From Bugula neritina (Eukaryota > Animalia > Bryozoa), in assembly GCA_964035545.1 (NCBI GenBank), contig OZ037770.1, positions 7,942,973 to 8,006,972 of the forward strand: 64,000 nt of DNA, read 5' to 3'. The stretch's first letter is position 1, and each line of letters begins with the position of its first letter. The notes beneath the pieces were generated by a model. The model saw only the letters and a program-made list of their open reading frames with translations. It made no database searches and was not told the origin of the DNA. Positions 12,301-23,982 of this stretch are shown one piece after another. The position numbers and the translations under genes were made by a program.

Positions 12301-14021
12301 TCCATGAGCCGCTGGAACGTGGCGAGGGCAGAAGTCAGTCCAAAGGGGAGGACTTTCCACTTCCATAAGCTGTCGCGCGTGATGAACGCCGCCTTCTCCT
12401 GGGCGTCCGGGCTGAGGGGGACCTGCCAATAGCCGCTCAACAAGTCTAGCGTACTGAAGTACTTGCTGCCGGCTAAGGCGTCTAGATATTCGTCGATCCT
12501 GGGTAAGGGATAGGCGTCCTGTATGGTCACGCTATTGAGCTTGCGATAATCCACACAGAACCGCCAACTGCCGTCTTTCTTTCGGACCAGGACGACCGGC
12601 GAGCTCCACGCACTATGTGCTGGCTCGATGAGGCCGCGGTCCAAAAGATCCCGGACTTGTTGGCTGACTTCCTTTTCCTTCTCGGGTCCCAGCCTCCTAG
12701 TGGGCTGTCGAATAGGGGTAGTTCCTGCAGCTAGCGGTATCTCATGACGGACGGCCGTGGTTAGGCCGACGTCATGGTCCCCGCTGCTGAACACGTCGCT
12801 ATAATCACGTAACAACTGAGCCATGACCTGACGTTCCACATTGCTCGTGCAGCCGTCACACGCTGCCTGGTATAACTCTTTGACGTGTGGTGGGACGGTC
12901 CCCCGCCTAACTGACGGGCTCTGTTGGGGACCTTCCGTCGCAGCTCCCAGCGACGGCCCTATATCCTCCTCCTGAACGGAGCTGAAGCGACCCAGCATGG
13001 ATCCTGACGGCAATTGTACCGCTTCGGAGAAGGGGTTGACACACTGCACCAAGATCTCTCCTCGGTCAGTCAGCCGGTTAAGACTGCTGGCGAGTTGGGT
13101 TCTTGTGTGCGCACCTTCGACAACCCCTAACCCCGAGAGTTGGCTATTGTTCACTCTGCAGTGAACGGTAGCCCGGGAGCGGCCGGGTATAGTACAGTTC
13201 CGTACTACCTGCACACCTCCCGCTAGGGGACGACCGAACTTGTCGACACAGGCGAGCTCCCTGCCGCCCATTAGCATGGCTGACTTGCTAAAGTCAATAT
13301 GGCACCCGTGTCTCTTCAAGAACGGCATCCCCAGTATGGCATCTTCTTCAAGTTGGTTGATGACGAAGGTTTCCTGAATGACCTGGTCGCGGACGCGCCC
13401 AGTCAGTTCTATGATACCGTAGAAAGGAATCCGTGACCCGTCAGCTAGGGTGCCCGGTTCCCCGGTATAGGGAGCTAAGGCTCCCCTCTCCCTAGGGGGG
13501 AGGGTGTCAAAGACCCGACGGCTGAGGAGATTAGTGGTACACCCGGAGTCTAACAGAAAGGTGACAGCTTTGCCAGCCACCTTTCCTGGCAAGAAGTAGC
13601 TGCCTCCGTGAGGTTGTACCCGTACTCCCCCAGCGTGCTCGGTCTCGGCCGAACGGGGCTGTGCCTGTTTGTTCCGCGGTTTGCGGGGCCTGTGAGAGTT
13701 TCCTTGCGGGGGGGGTGTTTTGATCCCCCCCCGATGCCCTGAGGGGCCTCGGTGGTCTGCTCCATTTCTGGTAGCGGACCGAAGCGGTTGGTGAGAGGCA
13801 GAGAGAAGGGGTCTCGTGGTCGACCCGGTTGGCTGGTTCGGCGGGGTGTTTGCCACTGATGGGGGGCGTGCCGCTGGGCCCGTACGGGCTCCTGGTGACA
13901 TCCATCCCGTTTTCCTCTCGGTTTGGGTCTGCGGAGCTCTGGAGGTCTCCGGGGAGGTTGGGGTTTCTGCTGCCGTTTGAATCGTGGGCTGCTGGAGCGG
14001 CGGTGTCCCTGGATGCCGCAT
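9332..14021 (-). pseudogene. pol: Gypsy A pol (protease, RT, RNase H, integrase) with frameshifts near 10560 and 9990
   Basis: LLDSGC, YLDD, DTDAS, H-x3-H/C-x2-C, DLVGP, HSDQG; the integrase continues in another frame as PYHPQGNGVVER and PKFVGPY. Confidence 0.95.
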
Positions 14022-14788
14022 TCCCAGCGTTGCATAGTGGGTCTGGGGGGTTTTGTGGCTGGTCTCTTATTTTTCCTGGAGTGGTTGTATGTTATGGTCG
14101 CCACCAATTGTCCCAGTTTAGTCATCAAGCGGTCCATCTCCATCTCTATAGGGGGGTTAGTGGTAGCGGCAGCTATGCGGACCGGGTGGTCTGGCTCCCT
14201 AGAGGTCCGTGGAGTAGTCTCCTCCGTCTTGTAGAGTTGCTCGGCCCCAGCGTAGGCCTTGTTTTCTTGGATTGCGGCCTCGATCGTGGTTACTCCCTTG
14301 GCTTGTAACTGGTGGTGGAAGTCCAAAGAGTTGAGGGACTGTACAAAAGCTTCGAATGTATAGTGCCGTCTGTGTGTTTCTGGCAGATCGCTATACGCGG
14401 TCCGTGCCAGTCTCTGCACCAGAGTGGCGTGATCAGGAAGCGGTGTACATGTTTTGCGGAGCAGTCCCTGCAGCCTAGACTTGGCGACGGCAACGGGTAT
14501 GCCAAAACGGGCCCGTAGTGTAGCAATGATCCCGTTTACGCTAGACTTCCACCTGTACGGCTTGGCTTCTTCCGTCAGTGCCATTCGCAGTTTCGCAAGA
14601 GTTACTCTTGGCGGCCATCTTGTAATGGCTGCAACTTCACGGAACTCTTGAATGAACTGTTCAACATCTTCAAGGCCCGTGAATACGGGAACCTCTAATG
14701 TATTCCTATATGCCTCCTCTCCAGCTCTGAGAGGGCCTATGATAATGTTTCGCTCACCTTCTTCCATTGAAGTTACACTTTCGTCCAT
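13550..14788 (-). CDS. gag: Gypsy A gag with degenerate zinc knuckle; overlaps pol in another frame
   Basis: First ORF after the PBS; VPVFTGLEDVEQFIQEF gag-like N-terminus; eroded knuckle RWECGIQGH. Confidence 0.8.
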   Translation of the reverse strand: MDESVTSMEEGERNIIIGPLRAGEEAYRNTLEVPVFTGLEDVEQFIQEFREVAAITRWPPRVTLAKLRMALTEEAKPYRWKSSVNGIIATLRARFGIPVAVAKSRLQGLLRKTCTPLPDHATLVQRLARTAYSDLPETHRRHYTFEAFVQSLNSLDFHHQLQAKGVTTIEAAIQENKAYAGAEQLYKTEETTPRTSREPDHPVRIAAATTNPPIEMEMDRLMTKLGQLVATITYNHSRKNKRPATKPPRPTMQRWECGIQGHRRSSSPRFKRQQKPQPPRRPPELRRPKPRGKRDGCHQEPVRAQRHAPHQWQTPRRTSQPGRPRDPFSLPLTNRFGPLPEMEQTTEAPQGIGGGSKHPPRKETLTGPANRGTNRHSPVRPRPSTLGEYGYNLTEAATSCQERWLAKLSPFC

Positions 14789-14831
14789 GATGTTCTAATA
14801 CTTTCTCATTGTTTTTATATAGTAGCTAGTG

Positions 14832-14849
14832 ATCCCACCGCTGCCACCA
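14832..14849 (-). promoter_or_regulatory. Primer-binding site, tRNA-Leu
   Basis: TGGTGGCAGCGGTGGGAT just after the 5' LTR, complementary to the tRNA-Leu 3' end ATCCCACCGCTGCCACCA. Confidence 0.88.
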
Positions 14850-15246
14850 CTGTAGTAATTCGTGCAATTACTGTCCGTGGGTTCCTAGCTTGTGATTATA
14901 GTCTATTTATCCACATCAATAAAGTATTTAAGTAAGATTCCACAAGGTTTATTTACTACTAAGTATATTGAAAAATACAAAAAGTACGCAGATTAGAAAC
15001 ACTACACCTTTACTTGTTTAGTACGCTCTCTCTACTACTACTACTACCACTCGCCGAGGGTTATCACATGACGCACTCTGATTGGCTGAAGGGGCTTGGG
15101 GGACGCGCGTATTACGTCCTCACTACAATATTACAGCTTTAAATTTTAACAGGATAAGAAGCTTGCTCAAAAATAAAAGGTAAGTCTACAATTTCCAGTT
15201 TTTTATTTAAAAAATTACTATATTTTTGATTGATGTAATTAAATAT

Positions 15247-18200
15247 TGTAATGGGATTACGTAGTATAATAATGGGGTCGTCTCCTCTTGTATGGGAATA
15301 CTTATAACTATTGTAATGGGATTACGTAGCATAATAATGCATTTGTCTCCTCCTGTTTGGGAATACTTATAACTATGTTTTACTATCCAATCAGAAGGAC
15401 CGGAAGACAAGGTTCCGGTCAAGTGACTGTTCGCGGGTTAGCTAGCAGAAACCATGTGTGTTGAGAGCAGGGGCTCGTAGTAGTAAGACGTGTTATAATT
15501 GATTGATGTATTGTGGTTTTGACATACTGTTATAATTATGTTTATCGAGTTAAATAAAGGTTATCAAACGCAAGCTCTGTTAGTAGTTGCTAGTTAAATT
15601 GAAACTAAATACGCAGGCACCCGAGCGTCCCACCTGCCCGCAGCTCTAACTAGCTGACACGGAGAGGAAAGACCTCGGTGCCATGCCTCCACTCCCCCTC
15701 GGAGACGGTGAACCTACCACCCACCTCTCCACCGAGCTGTACTCCTTCTGTTCAAGAAGGTAACAGCAGGCCATCGCGGGGAACCGCGATGGGAAGTCCT
15801 CTAGAGAGCCCGTCTCTAGGGCGGAGGACTGCCTCACTCCACGCCCCACACAGCCCGGGGACTCACGGGGGAGAATCAGACGGTTGTGTAGATAACGAGA
15901 AGCGCCAAGAGACGGCCACGTTACTACACAAAACCGAGGCTGCACCTCACTTTGGGGACCCTGACATGCCCCCAGAGGTGGCACAGGACCCCCACGCCGA
16001 ACCCATCTCATCCGATGGCGTCAAGGAGCTACAACACCTTCAGGAACATCTTCCGGGGGTGGTAGCCGACGTCTATCGAATAAAACGGGAAGGGCGACGA
16101 CCCAGTGACAAACAACCGAAGCAGGGCTGCGCTGAATGGCAGCTGTACTGCTGACGTTGAAACGCACTGCGGATAGGGCCGGATGGTTTATTGACCATAT
16201 TTTTGACCGCTAACCACAACCAGCCAGACCAGGAGAGGACCCTCTGTCCTGTCGCCATCCGCCGGGAGTTGATAGAAGAGGTACACCAACAGGCTCACGG
16301 GGGAGCCCAACAGGTGCTCACCGAACTACAACTCTGGTGGTATTGGCCTAACATGGAGCGTGAAGTACGGCGCAGAGTTAGGCAGTGTGGAGTCTGCCGG
16401 GCCAGTAAGCACGGCCGCCCTCCTGACAAGGTGGGGCGGTGAAGGTAAAGTGCAAAAGGGCCCGGGCAGACGGAGACTGCTGACCTGGTCGACAAACCGC
16501 CCAGGAGGCGACCCAAAGCAGTGGCGAGGCAGGAAAAGCCACACCCGTTCAGGGAAGTGCGCTCACCGCCTTCAGCGTGCAAGCTGCCACCACCACTTCC
16601 TAGGTCAGAAACCGACCTGAAAGTGCAAAACCCCCCCCCCCCACAAGAGGGGCTCCGTACGGAGATGCTGGGGAAGCTCCATTTGTCACAGACTGGCTGG
16701 AGGCACCACCCGTGAGACGTGACTGTCCACGGGTGAGTAAACCGCCTTGGTTGATGACGACACCTCAAAAACGGTGTTCTAGGCAAACCCCCGCGTACCT
16801 CAAAGACTTACCACGTGCCGTTCAGAGCGCGGTCAAATGTCCCACGAGGTATCGTACGGGGAAGATGGCAAAATGTGGGAGTTGTGAACACCACGGGAAT
16901 ACCAACTTTTGCCTCGGCGGAATCTCAAATAAGATTCATACGCCGGAGGTAATAAGTCATAGTCACGTTTCACAGCCATGCTGCTCGCTCTTTTATCACA
17001 TTGATACAGCTTTGAGTAGACGTACGTAGGAATCATAAACATACCACTCTCGTTACAATGGCTTGCCAAGAATCGAGAGGTGAGTTAGTTATGTTTTGGT
17101 ACGAGAACTAAACTGTATTAATCAGCTTAACAGTAACAGAATAAGCTGGAGACTCGATAATGATTTTTAGTGGTGAGAACTCACATTGACTTTAAGACTG
17201 AACAGTCTGTCATAGCGGTGTGTGTTTTCGATCAACTATTCATTAACTGAGTCTCACGAGTGTCAAATAGAGTTAAGTACTCGCCAGGCTGTATACGCCG
17301 GCCGTACTCAGTGTACCCTCTTTACACTGTTATACTCTAGCAGATCACACTCGATCGACCAACTCCGGGTCACAAGGTCTGCTCTCCCTCTCTTCCTTAG
17401 ATAACGGACTGGAAATGGACAACGGACTGCCCGTGGTGCTGCGTCGAAGACACAGATGGGTGTCACGACAGACGGAGCGGCAAATTGAAGAAGCCTGGGG
17501 ACCAAGTAGGTCACAACGAACCTGCCACGTGTGCTATGAGGAGCTCCCCTAACACCAAGGACTACGGCTGCACGTGAATGCACACTTCCTCTTACGCTTC
17601 TGTCCGTGTGGATTTCACGACGTCTATCCATACCCTGTTTTGGCGCATATGATGGACTGTTTCACAGGCAAAGGCTATGTAGTGGACGCGGACAACTACG
17701 ACCAGTACTTGGAAGCCATTAGACCTCCGGGTTTTATACCCTGCTAACAACCGCCCGCCAGAAGTCCCCCATGGTAAAGACTGTCGCTGCAATCATACCC
17801 CAGCCAGACAACACCCCCATGGAAGCATCAGATTCCCCAGAAGAAGCGACGCCAGCTCCGACCAGGCCTAACCGACTAGCGACCGTCGAGGAAAGACTCC
17901 TACGACTGCAGGATGAATTTACCCAATTGGCCCTCGACTTACTCAGCACTACAATGGGCCTTAGTGAACTGAAGGGCTCAGTAGGACGCCTTAAGCGTAG
18001 ACTACGTGCACGGCAGGCACGGCACCGGGTCCAGTTCCTACAAAATTAGGAGCTGGAGGTTGACAATTCCAACCCGCACATTCTTGGGGTACTACATTGT
18101 GGTCATGCAAATGCTTGATCTGCTAACGACCTACGATCCAGGTCTCTCTCTCTGTAGCTGGCCAGCTGTGTGTTGGCCGTCTGTTTATCTTACTTATATA

Positions 18201-18667
18201 TGTGTCATACGTTTGATGTTCTCTTCTTTTTCTTTGTGGATTTTCCTTACTTATGTCATTTTTGCATTATTATACTATTTTGTTTTATCAGAAAGTGGGG
18301 CTTTCTGCTGGTGGGGGCGGTGTAATGGGATTACGTAGTATAATAATTGGGTTGTCTCCTCTTGTATGGGAATACTTAGAACTATGTTCTACTACCCAAT
18401 CAGAAGGACCGAAAGGCAAGATTCCGGTCAAGTGACTGTTCGCGGGTTAGCCAGCAGAAACCATGTGTTGTTGAGAGCAAGGACTCGTAGTAGTAACATG
18501 TGTTTATAATTGATTAGTGTTGTGTAGTAGTTTGATGTGATATTATAATTATGTTTATCGAATTAAATAAAGGTTATCGTACGCAAGCCGGACTAGTGAT
18601 TGTTAGTTAAATTGACACTAAATACGCATATAATCCACGCTTGATAATTGTGCTAAAACTCACAACA
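15247..18667 (+). mobile_element. Gypsy LTR element B, internally deleted relative of A (no PBS/gag/PR/RT/RH; keeps integrase N-terminal remnant, pol tail and ORF3). 5' LTR 15247-15615 (truncated), 3' LTR 18321-18667
   Basis: TSD ATAT (15243-15246, 18668-18671) restores the Polinton TIR when excised; PPT region AGAAAGTGGGGCTTTCTGCTGGTGGGGGCGG nearly identical to A; peptides LQEHLPGVVADVYR and WYWPNMEREVRRRVRQC match A. Confidence 0.9.
17058..18049 (+). pseudogene. ORF3 homologue of element B (zinc fingers plus coiled coil), disrupted; predicted intron 17080-17400
   Basis: TCHVCYEELP*HQGLRLHVNAHFLLRFCPCG aligns with TCRLCQLHFTTPRRLRVHVPQHYFTTFCPCG of element A; coiled-coil tail LATVEERLLRLQDEFTQL. 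Confidence 0.75.
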
Positions 18668-18692
18668 ATATAAAAGCATCATTTGCGTATAT

Positions 18693-21600
18693 ATTGCAAA
18701 CCTACTTGGTCCACAGTCCACTACTGTAAGATATGGTTTACCAGAAACAAATGCAACGTCAACTGCGACTCTCTGCCAGTTTTTCTCCACATCTAAGCTT
18801 CCATGTTTCCACGCTATTGGTGCAGGATCTATTTGTTTGCACATTTGGCAAGATTTCACAATTTCTGATACAACTTTTCTATCCACTGGTATCTTCATCC
18901 TACTTACAACATGCATTGTTCGATCCACACCTAAGTGATGCCTGTTGTGAAGCTCAATAACTTTTCTACCATGATTTGTCATCCCTAGCGCAACAACTTT
19001 TGAATCAGGCTTATTCTTTTGAACTATCTGGAGCCACCTTTTGGGAACACAAGTTAGAAAATCAGACAGGTTTTTCTCTGATGGAACCAGCTTGATAGAC
19101 AGCATAAGTCTATATTCGTCAATTAGTTGACTAACAATCTCCAATCTTCTTTTAACAACCATCTCACTCAACCCACTGACCTTGGGTCTTTTTGTGTTCT
19201 CTAAAATAGAACGAAGCCAACTATAAACAGTTGCAGAGTCTGCGACCAACACTAACTTCTTGATTTTCTACCTCGGGGCAAGATTTAGTCTTTTAATAGT
19301 TGCTTCCAGCTCTGCTACATTGATATGAGCAGCATCCTTTCTAAGCCATGCACAATCTTCCACCACACGATCATCTATCTGCAAACAACATCCCATTGAC
19401 AAGCTACTTGCATCACACCACATTATGCCAGGCTTGTCTTTATCAACTTCCCAAATGCCTCTCACTGGGTCTTCTTTAGTGACTTTTTCCATTATTTCTT
19501 CAATGATGTCTTGTGAATAGCTCGGAATGCGTTCTTCCCAGGCAACATCATTGGCGCTTCTTTTGACAAAACCACATGACGTTCTCAACCACCAAGCCAC
19601 AGGTTAATGTCCAACCAACTTGCCACAGAGTGAGAACAGTTCTCTTTTGGTCATGTTCTCCTGCAGCATAGGAAGTTTGGCATCTCTACACCATGTAAAG
19701 TTTCCATTGCCTACCTCTCTCACGCTCAATCCCAACACTCGAGCATCATTAAGGGGTTCTGGCTCCTTAGTCACTAACCCATATCTAAGCAGCAGCTGTC
19801 TCATTTTATCTACTCCAACCAAACTCTTGTTTACCCAGATATCATCTATGTAATGGTCAGTTCCTTGCTTGACCTCATTATCTTGTGCCAGTACTGTGCT
19901 ACTTATCCTTGACATTATTTTTGGAGCAACACTTAATCCAAATCCCATTCGTGTCATTACATACAATTTACCCTTATACTTTACAGTTTGAAATTTCTGC
20001 AAGCTCCTACTCACATGAATTTGCAGATATGCCTTTTTTAAGTCCAACAGACAGGCTTCAGTCCCTTGCTTTCTCCACTCACGCACCTTTTCTTGGCAAA
20101 TTGCAGTGTCCTGTCCAGGTATACTCTCAACATGGCTATTGAGCTCCCGATAATCCATAACAGGTCAAACCTTTTTGGGTTTGTTTGGCTGACTTGCAGC
20201 CATTAATGGAATCACACCATCAACTTTGCCATGTTTCAAAACATCATACGGCTCCAACCACCCATCTGCTACCCACTGATCTAATTCTGTTTCATACTCT
20301 TCTATATGCTCTGGTGGCACTGCATACTGTGCACACTGGTTGCTTAGCTGTAGCTCTCCTGTCTGCCACTTCCACTCAACAGTCCACCTCTGCCCATCAA
20401 AAACAGCTATAAAATCTATGTCCTCAATTCTTAATTTTGAAGCCGTTGGTAATATAGGTGCAACTAACGCACACATCTTAGAGTGCCAAGAAACTTTACC
20501 ATCTTTGTCAAATGTTACTCCCCCCAACCTCTTAATAATGTCAAACCCTAAAATTACGTCTGCACCACACACCAGACTTGGTGCAACTAAACAGCGGTTT
20601 CTTACCACTACCCCGTCAACCACTAACTCTACTACCACCTCGCCACCACACACCGTTGTCTCTCCATTCAGCATTGTCACTACATGTTGAAGCCCACGCA
20701 GCCACCCTCTGATTTCTTTACACAACTTCTCACTGATCATTGTTTGCTGACAGCCTGAATCCACTAATGTTTTTATGCGGCGAGTACATCCTGAATTATT
20801 TGTGTATACATATATGAAGGGTAGCACCTCATTAGCTACTGCTGCCTTGGGGAAACACCCGGTGCTGATGGTTCCCCTTGCCCGTTTCCCAGCTTTTCTG
20901 GGCAGTTTCTTGCTATATGTGATCACAAATAAAACATCTCCTGACATATCTCGGTTGATAATTTCTGCGGGTTGATTTGGGACATTCACAAGCCATATGT
21001 GAGGTTGAGCCACAACTGAAGCAAGTTCCTTTTGCTTTTTGGTAGCCAGCTGCACACGCCATTTCACTTTCTCTTGTACTCAGCATTATTCTTGCTCTAG
21101 CTACTAGTTCTGGCAAACTCAATTTCTCTACAGAAGCCATGGACTTCAACTGCAAGGATACATCACCTGGCAACCCTGCCATGAAAGCGCATTTTGAAAT
21201 TGGCTCTGCATCTTTCTGTCCAATATGTGCCACTAACCTTCTTATGTCCGCTAAGTAGACATCAACCGGCTCTCCATCACGAAGCACACGCTTCTGTAGC
21301 TCATCATATGCAGTATAGCAGTTTATTCCAAAAGCTGTTAGTAATGCAGTTTTGAGCTTCCCATAATCCTCCTTGTCACTTTCTGGTAGCTGCTTATATA
21401 CTGCAAAGGCTGAGCCAGCTAGAAGCAAAGGTAAAAATGATTCTAGATCAGTTATTTTCTGCAGTTTTGCCACCAGCTCTAATTTATCAAGCCACTTACT
21501 GAATTCTCCACTGTTGCTATCCTCATATTTACTTATTATGTCCGAGAGCTTGACTGATGCCATTGTAATATTGTAATATGCCGAAATAGCTTGTTGTGTT

Positions 21601-21860
21601 GTATAGGTAATTACTGCAATAAATTACCACCAACTTTCTCACTGTCACTACACTTTATTCTATCAAATCTCAAAGCTAACTGACTCGCATGATAAACAAA
21701 CAGTATGTCACAACAGTTACATAGCACTTTGAAAACCACAACATAATTACTTTGACAGCATAATTGTATCGCTATAACATTTCATAATATAAGGCTACTA
21801 GCAGGTATAAGTTATGGGATAATATAAACATAGCTTTAGTAAACAGATACAAACATTACA
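18693..21860 (-). mobile_element. LTR retroelement C, 3'-truncated and decayed: putative 5' LTR ~21564-21860 then gag-PR-RT-RH-IN (18693-21563)
   Basis: TGTAAT...ATTACA bounded segment; gag knuckle CFSCGSTSHMACEC; LVDSGC; LDLKKAY...YIDD; WCDAS...HINVAEL; HNRHH...CQMC; ends inside the integrase core after VDCGPSRF. Confidence 0.85.
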
Positions 21861-22227
21861 CTCTGGCTAAATGCGTTAACACAAAAATACAATATTGACC
21901 GCAAACTGCAGAAAATATAGATTGTAGCTAAGTGCTACTAAATTGCCAAGAGTCCACTGAATCAAATATAGTCGCAACCTCTGGCATGTTGTAAAGACCA
22001 CTTCCAAAAGAGTCAAAATAAACTCCTGTGTTATTTTCTGTCTTTAGAAAAATCACCCAGTGCTCTCCCGGATGATTGTGAGGTTTAGTGTTTACAACTC
22101 CACAGCAAGGATAATCCGTCAAACTACTACTAGGTATTCTATCGATTGGAAATACACCGATGAAGTTCATCTTTTTCACCCACTCGTCGTTCTCAAGAAT
22201 AGAATATATTTCTTTAGAATTCATCAC
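21861..22227 (-). pseudogene. Adenain-like cysteine protease, left-TIR copy (premature TAG; 3' part split by the nested LTR elements)
   Basis: GEHWV and YFDSFG motifs; near-identical to 35495-36037. Confidence 0.92.
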
Positions 22228-23539
22228 GCGTAGAAATTTGTAAGTACGGCTCTATTCTTATCAATTTTTATACCAGAGTCAAAATCGGAGTAGACAATCA
22301 CATTAACGGGTGTGTCAAGTGCCTGAGAAAACTTTAGCTCTAATCTTATTGTTCCTCGCTTTATCAAATGAAAGCAAGTGCTCAAATCTAGGTCAGGAGT
22401 TAAATCAAAGACCATTAGACTGTAACCTTTCTCATATTCCTCTCTATCTATATCTATTCTGCCATTGTTGAAGACCTTTCCCGTTGATTCCAAGAGCGTA
22501 AAATAGTTTCTTAGAGTATTATTATTTGTGTAGTCTGAAACCAATGCCTTTTGAGGTACTTGTTTCCCGTCAACGACTAGGTTTGTATATTTTAAATGTT
22601 TGTGCTGAAAGTTGAAAGGATTCAAATTGTAAGCGCCTTTGAATGCACCAGCATTTACAATACCTATAACTATCCTCTTAGGCAGAATACCTTGAAATAA
22701 ATTTTCTTCGTTCCAAGACAATGAACCCAATGCGATATTGAATGACTTCATATCAACTCTTCTGATAGGATAAACGGCGGGCATTAGTTTCTTGTCTAAA
22801 TTTTCAATGTGCTTTAATTGTATTCTGCTATTGATTTTAACTTTTCGAAGGAAAAAAGATGTGTTTAGGATTTTTAGTTTGCAAGTAGAGTTTTCACCAG
22901 CCATTAGCACTAAGCTGTTGTGATTCCTCACAAACTTTAATTTCATGTCTACTCCGTTTAAAATGAATCGCCTTTGAAAGAATATGTCAGCGTGTGGTCT
23001 AACAATTAACTGCACAGTTTTACTCTGCCCCGTAATTCGTCTTCTAGCGTCCAAGCCTTCATTATCACCATCAATATGATCCATTTTTCTGAGTGTATCC
23101 TTTGAGTAGAGTGACATTGATAGTTGTGACTTTTTAGCTTCATCGGAGTAACTTAGTAAAGTTTCTATATAAGAGCTCTGTAGTGGTAGAGATTAGAAGC
23201 GTTGGAAATAACTGCATATTCATTTAGCATAATTTCTACTTGTTGAAATAATGTGTGACCCAAAAGGTTTATAGGAGCCGCATCATCTTGAGCATCGAGA
23301 TCGGTACCGTCAGCTTTTGTTATTTTCACCTCTAATAATAGATAGCTTGAACTGAGGTCAAGGTAGTTGTTCGAATCACCAGAGATTGAGAACTTTATAG
23401 GTCCCTCATCATTCAATGAGGTTGTGAGCATATGTTCTATGTGATATCCTTCTTCGATTGATGCTTGAGTAGGTAGTGTAGAAAAAAAATCTAATTCGGG
23501 TTTGCCAGCAAGGCAGCTATGTTCCATTATGAAACTCAT
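22224..23539 (-). pseudogene. Polinton major capsid protein (hexon-like), frameshift near 23170
   Basis: ELDFFSTLPTQASI, YLDLSSSYL, AYNLNPFNFQH, FDLTPD, IRLELKF are typical of Polinton MCP; directly upstream of the protease. Confidence 0.9.
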
Positions 23540-23550
23540 AGTATAGTATT

Positions 23551-23982
23551 CTATGAAAAGATATCGCGCTTAGTAACCCTACGTCTTTTCACCTTTGAAA
23601 ACTTGGAAGAAGTAACTCTGTTAGTCTGACGCTTCCTTTTTTTATTTCGATTTCTGTTGGTGACGTATGTAATACCTTTAGTAATAACCTCTCCAGCCGC
23701 GCTGTTGACGTTATCTTTGATTGACTCTCTGAATGGTTTACCGGATAAACTATCTCTGGCAATGTTTAGACCAGTATTTATTGCTGTCTTTCCTAAACTT
23801 TTTACACCTTGTTTTACAACAGGCAATGCTGCTTTGAGTATGTTACCAAATATGCTCCCTAAACCGTATCCTGTTTGATATTTTTCTCCTGAAAATATTG
23901 GAATCATTCCATTTCCTGATTGTTCATATAACTGTCTATAGCTATTTGATGCGGCATCACAATCGAATGGAATTATTCTCAT
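23551..23982 (-). CDS. Polinton basic core-protein-like ORF with adenain-type cleavage sites
   Basis: QSGNG and QTGYG|LGSIFGNILKAALP; very basic tail ending RDIFS; lies between penton and MCP. Confidence 0.75.
   Translation of the reverse strand: MRIIPFDCDAASNSYRQLYEQSGNGMIPIFSGEKYQTGYGLGSIFGNILKAALPVVKQGVKSLGKTAINTGLNIARDSLSGKPFRESIKDNVNSAAGEVITKGITYVTNRNRNKKRKRQTNRVTSSKFSKVKRRRVTKRDIFS

Larger units (their letters stand above)
7545..15127 (-). mobile_element. Ty3/Gypsy LTR retrotransposon A, full length; 277-bp LTRs at 7545-7821 and 14851-15127
   Basis: TG...CA LTRs with about 3 mismatches; TSD ATAT (7541-7544, 15128-15131); PPT GGGGGGGCGG next to the 3' LTR; gag, PR-RT-RH-IN and an extra ORF. 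Confidence 0.97.

Noticed and set aside
9363-14651. Many plus-strand ORFs antisense to Gypsy A
   Set aside because: Expected shadows of GC-rich coding sequence; no motifs.
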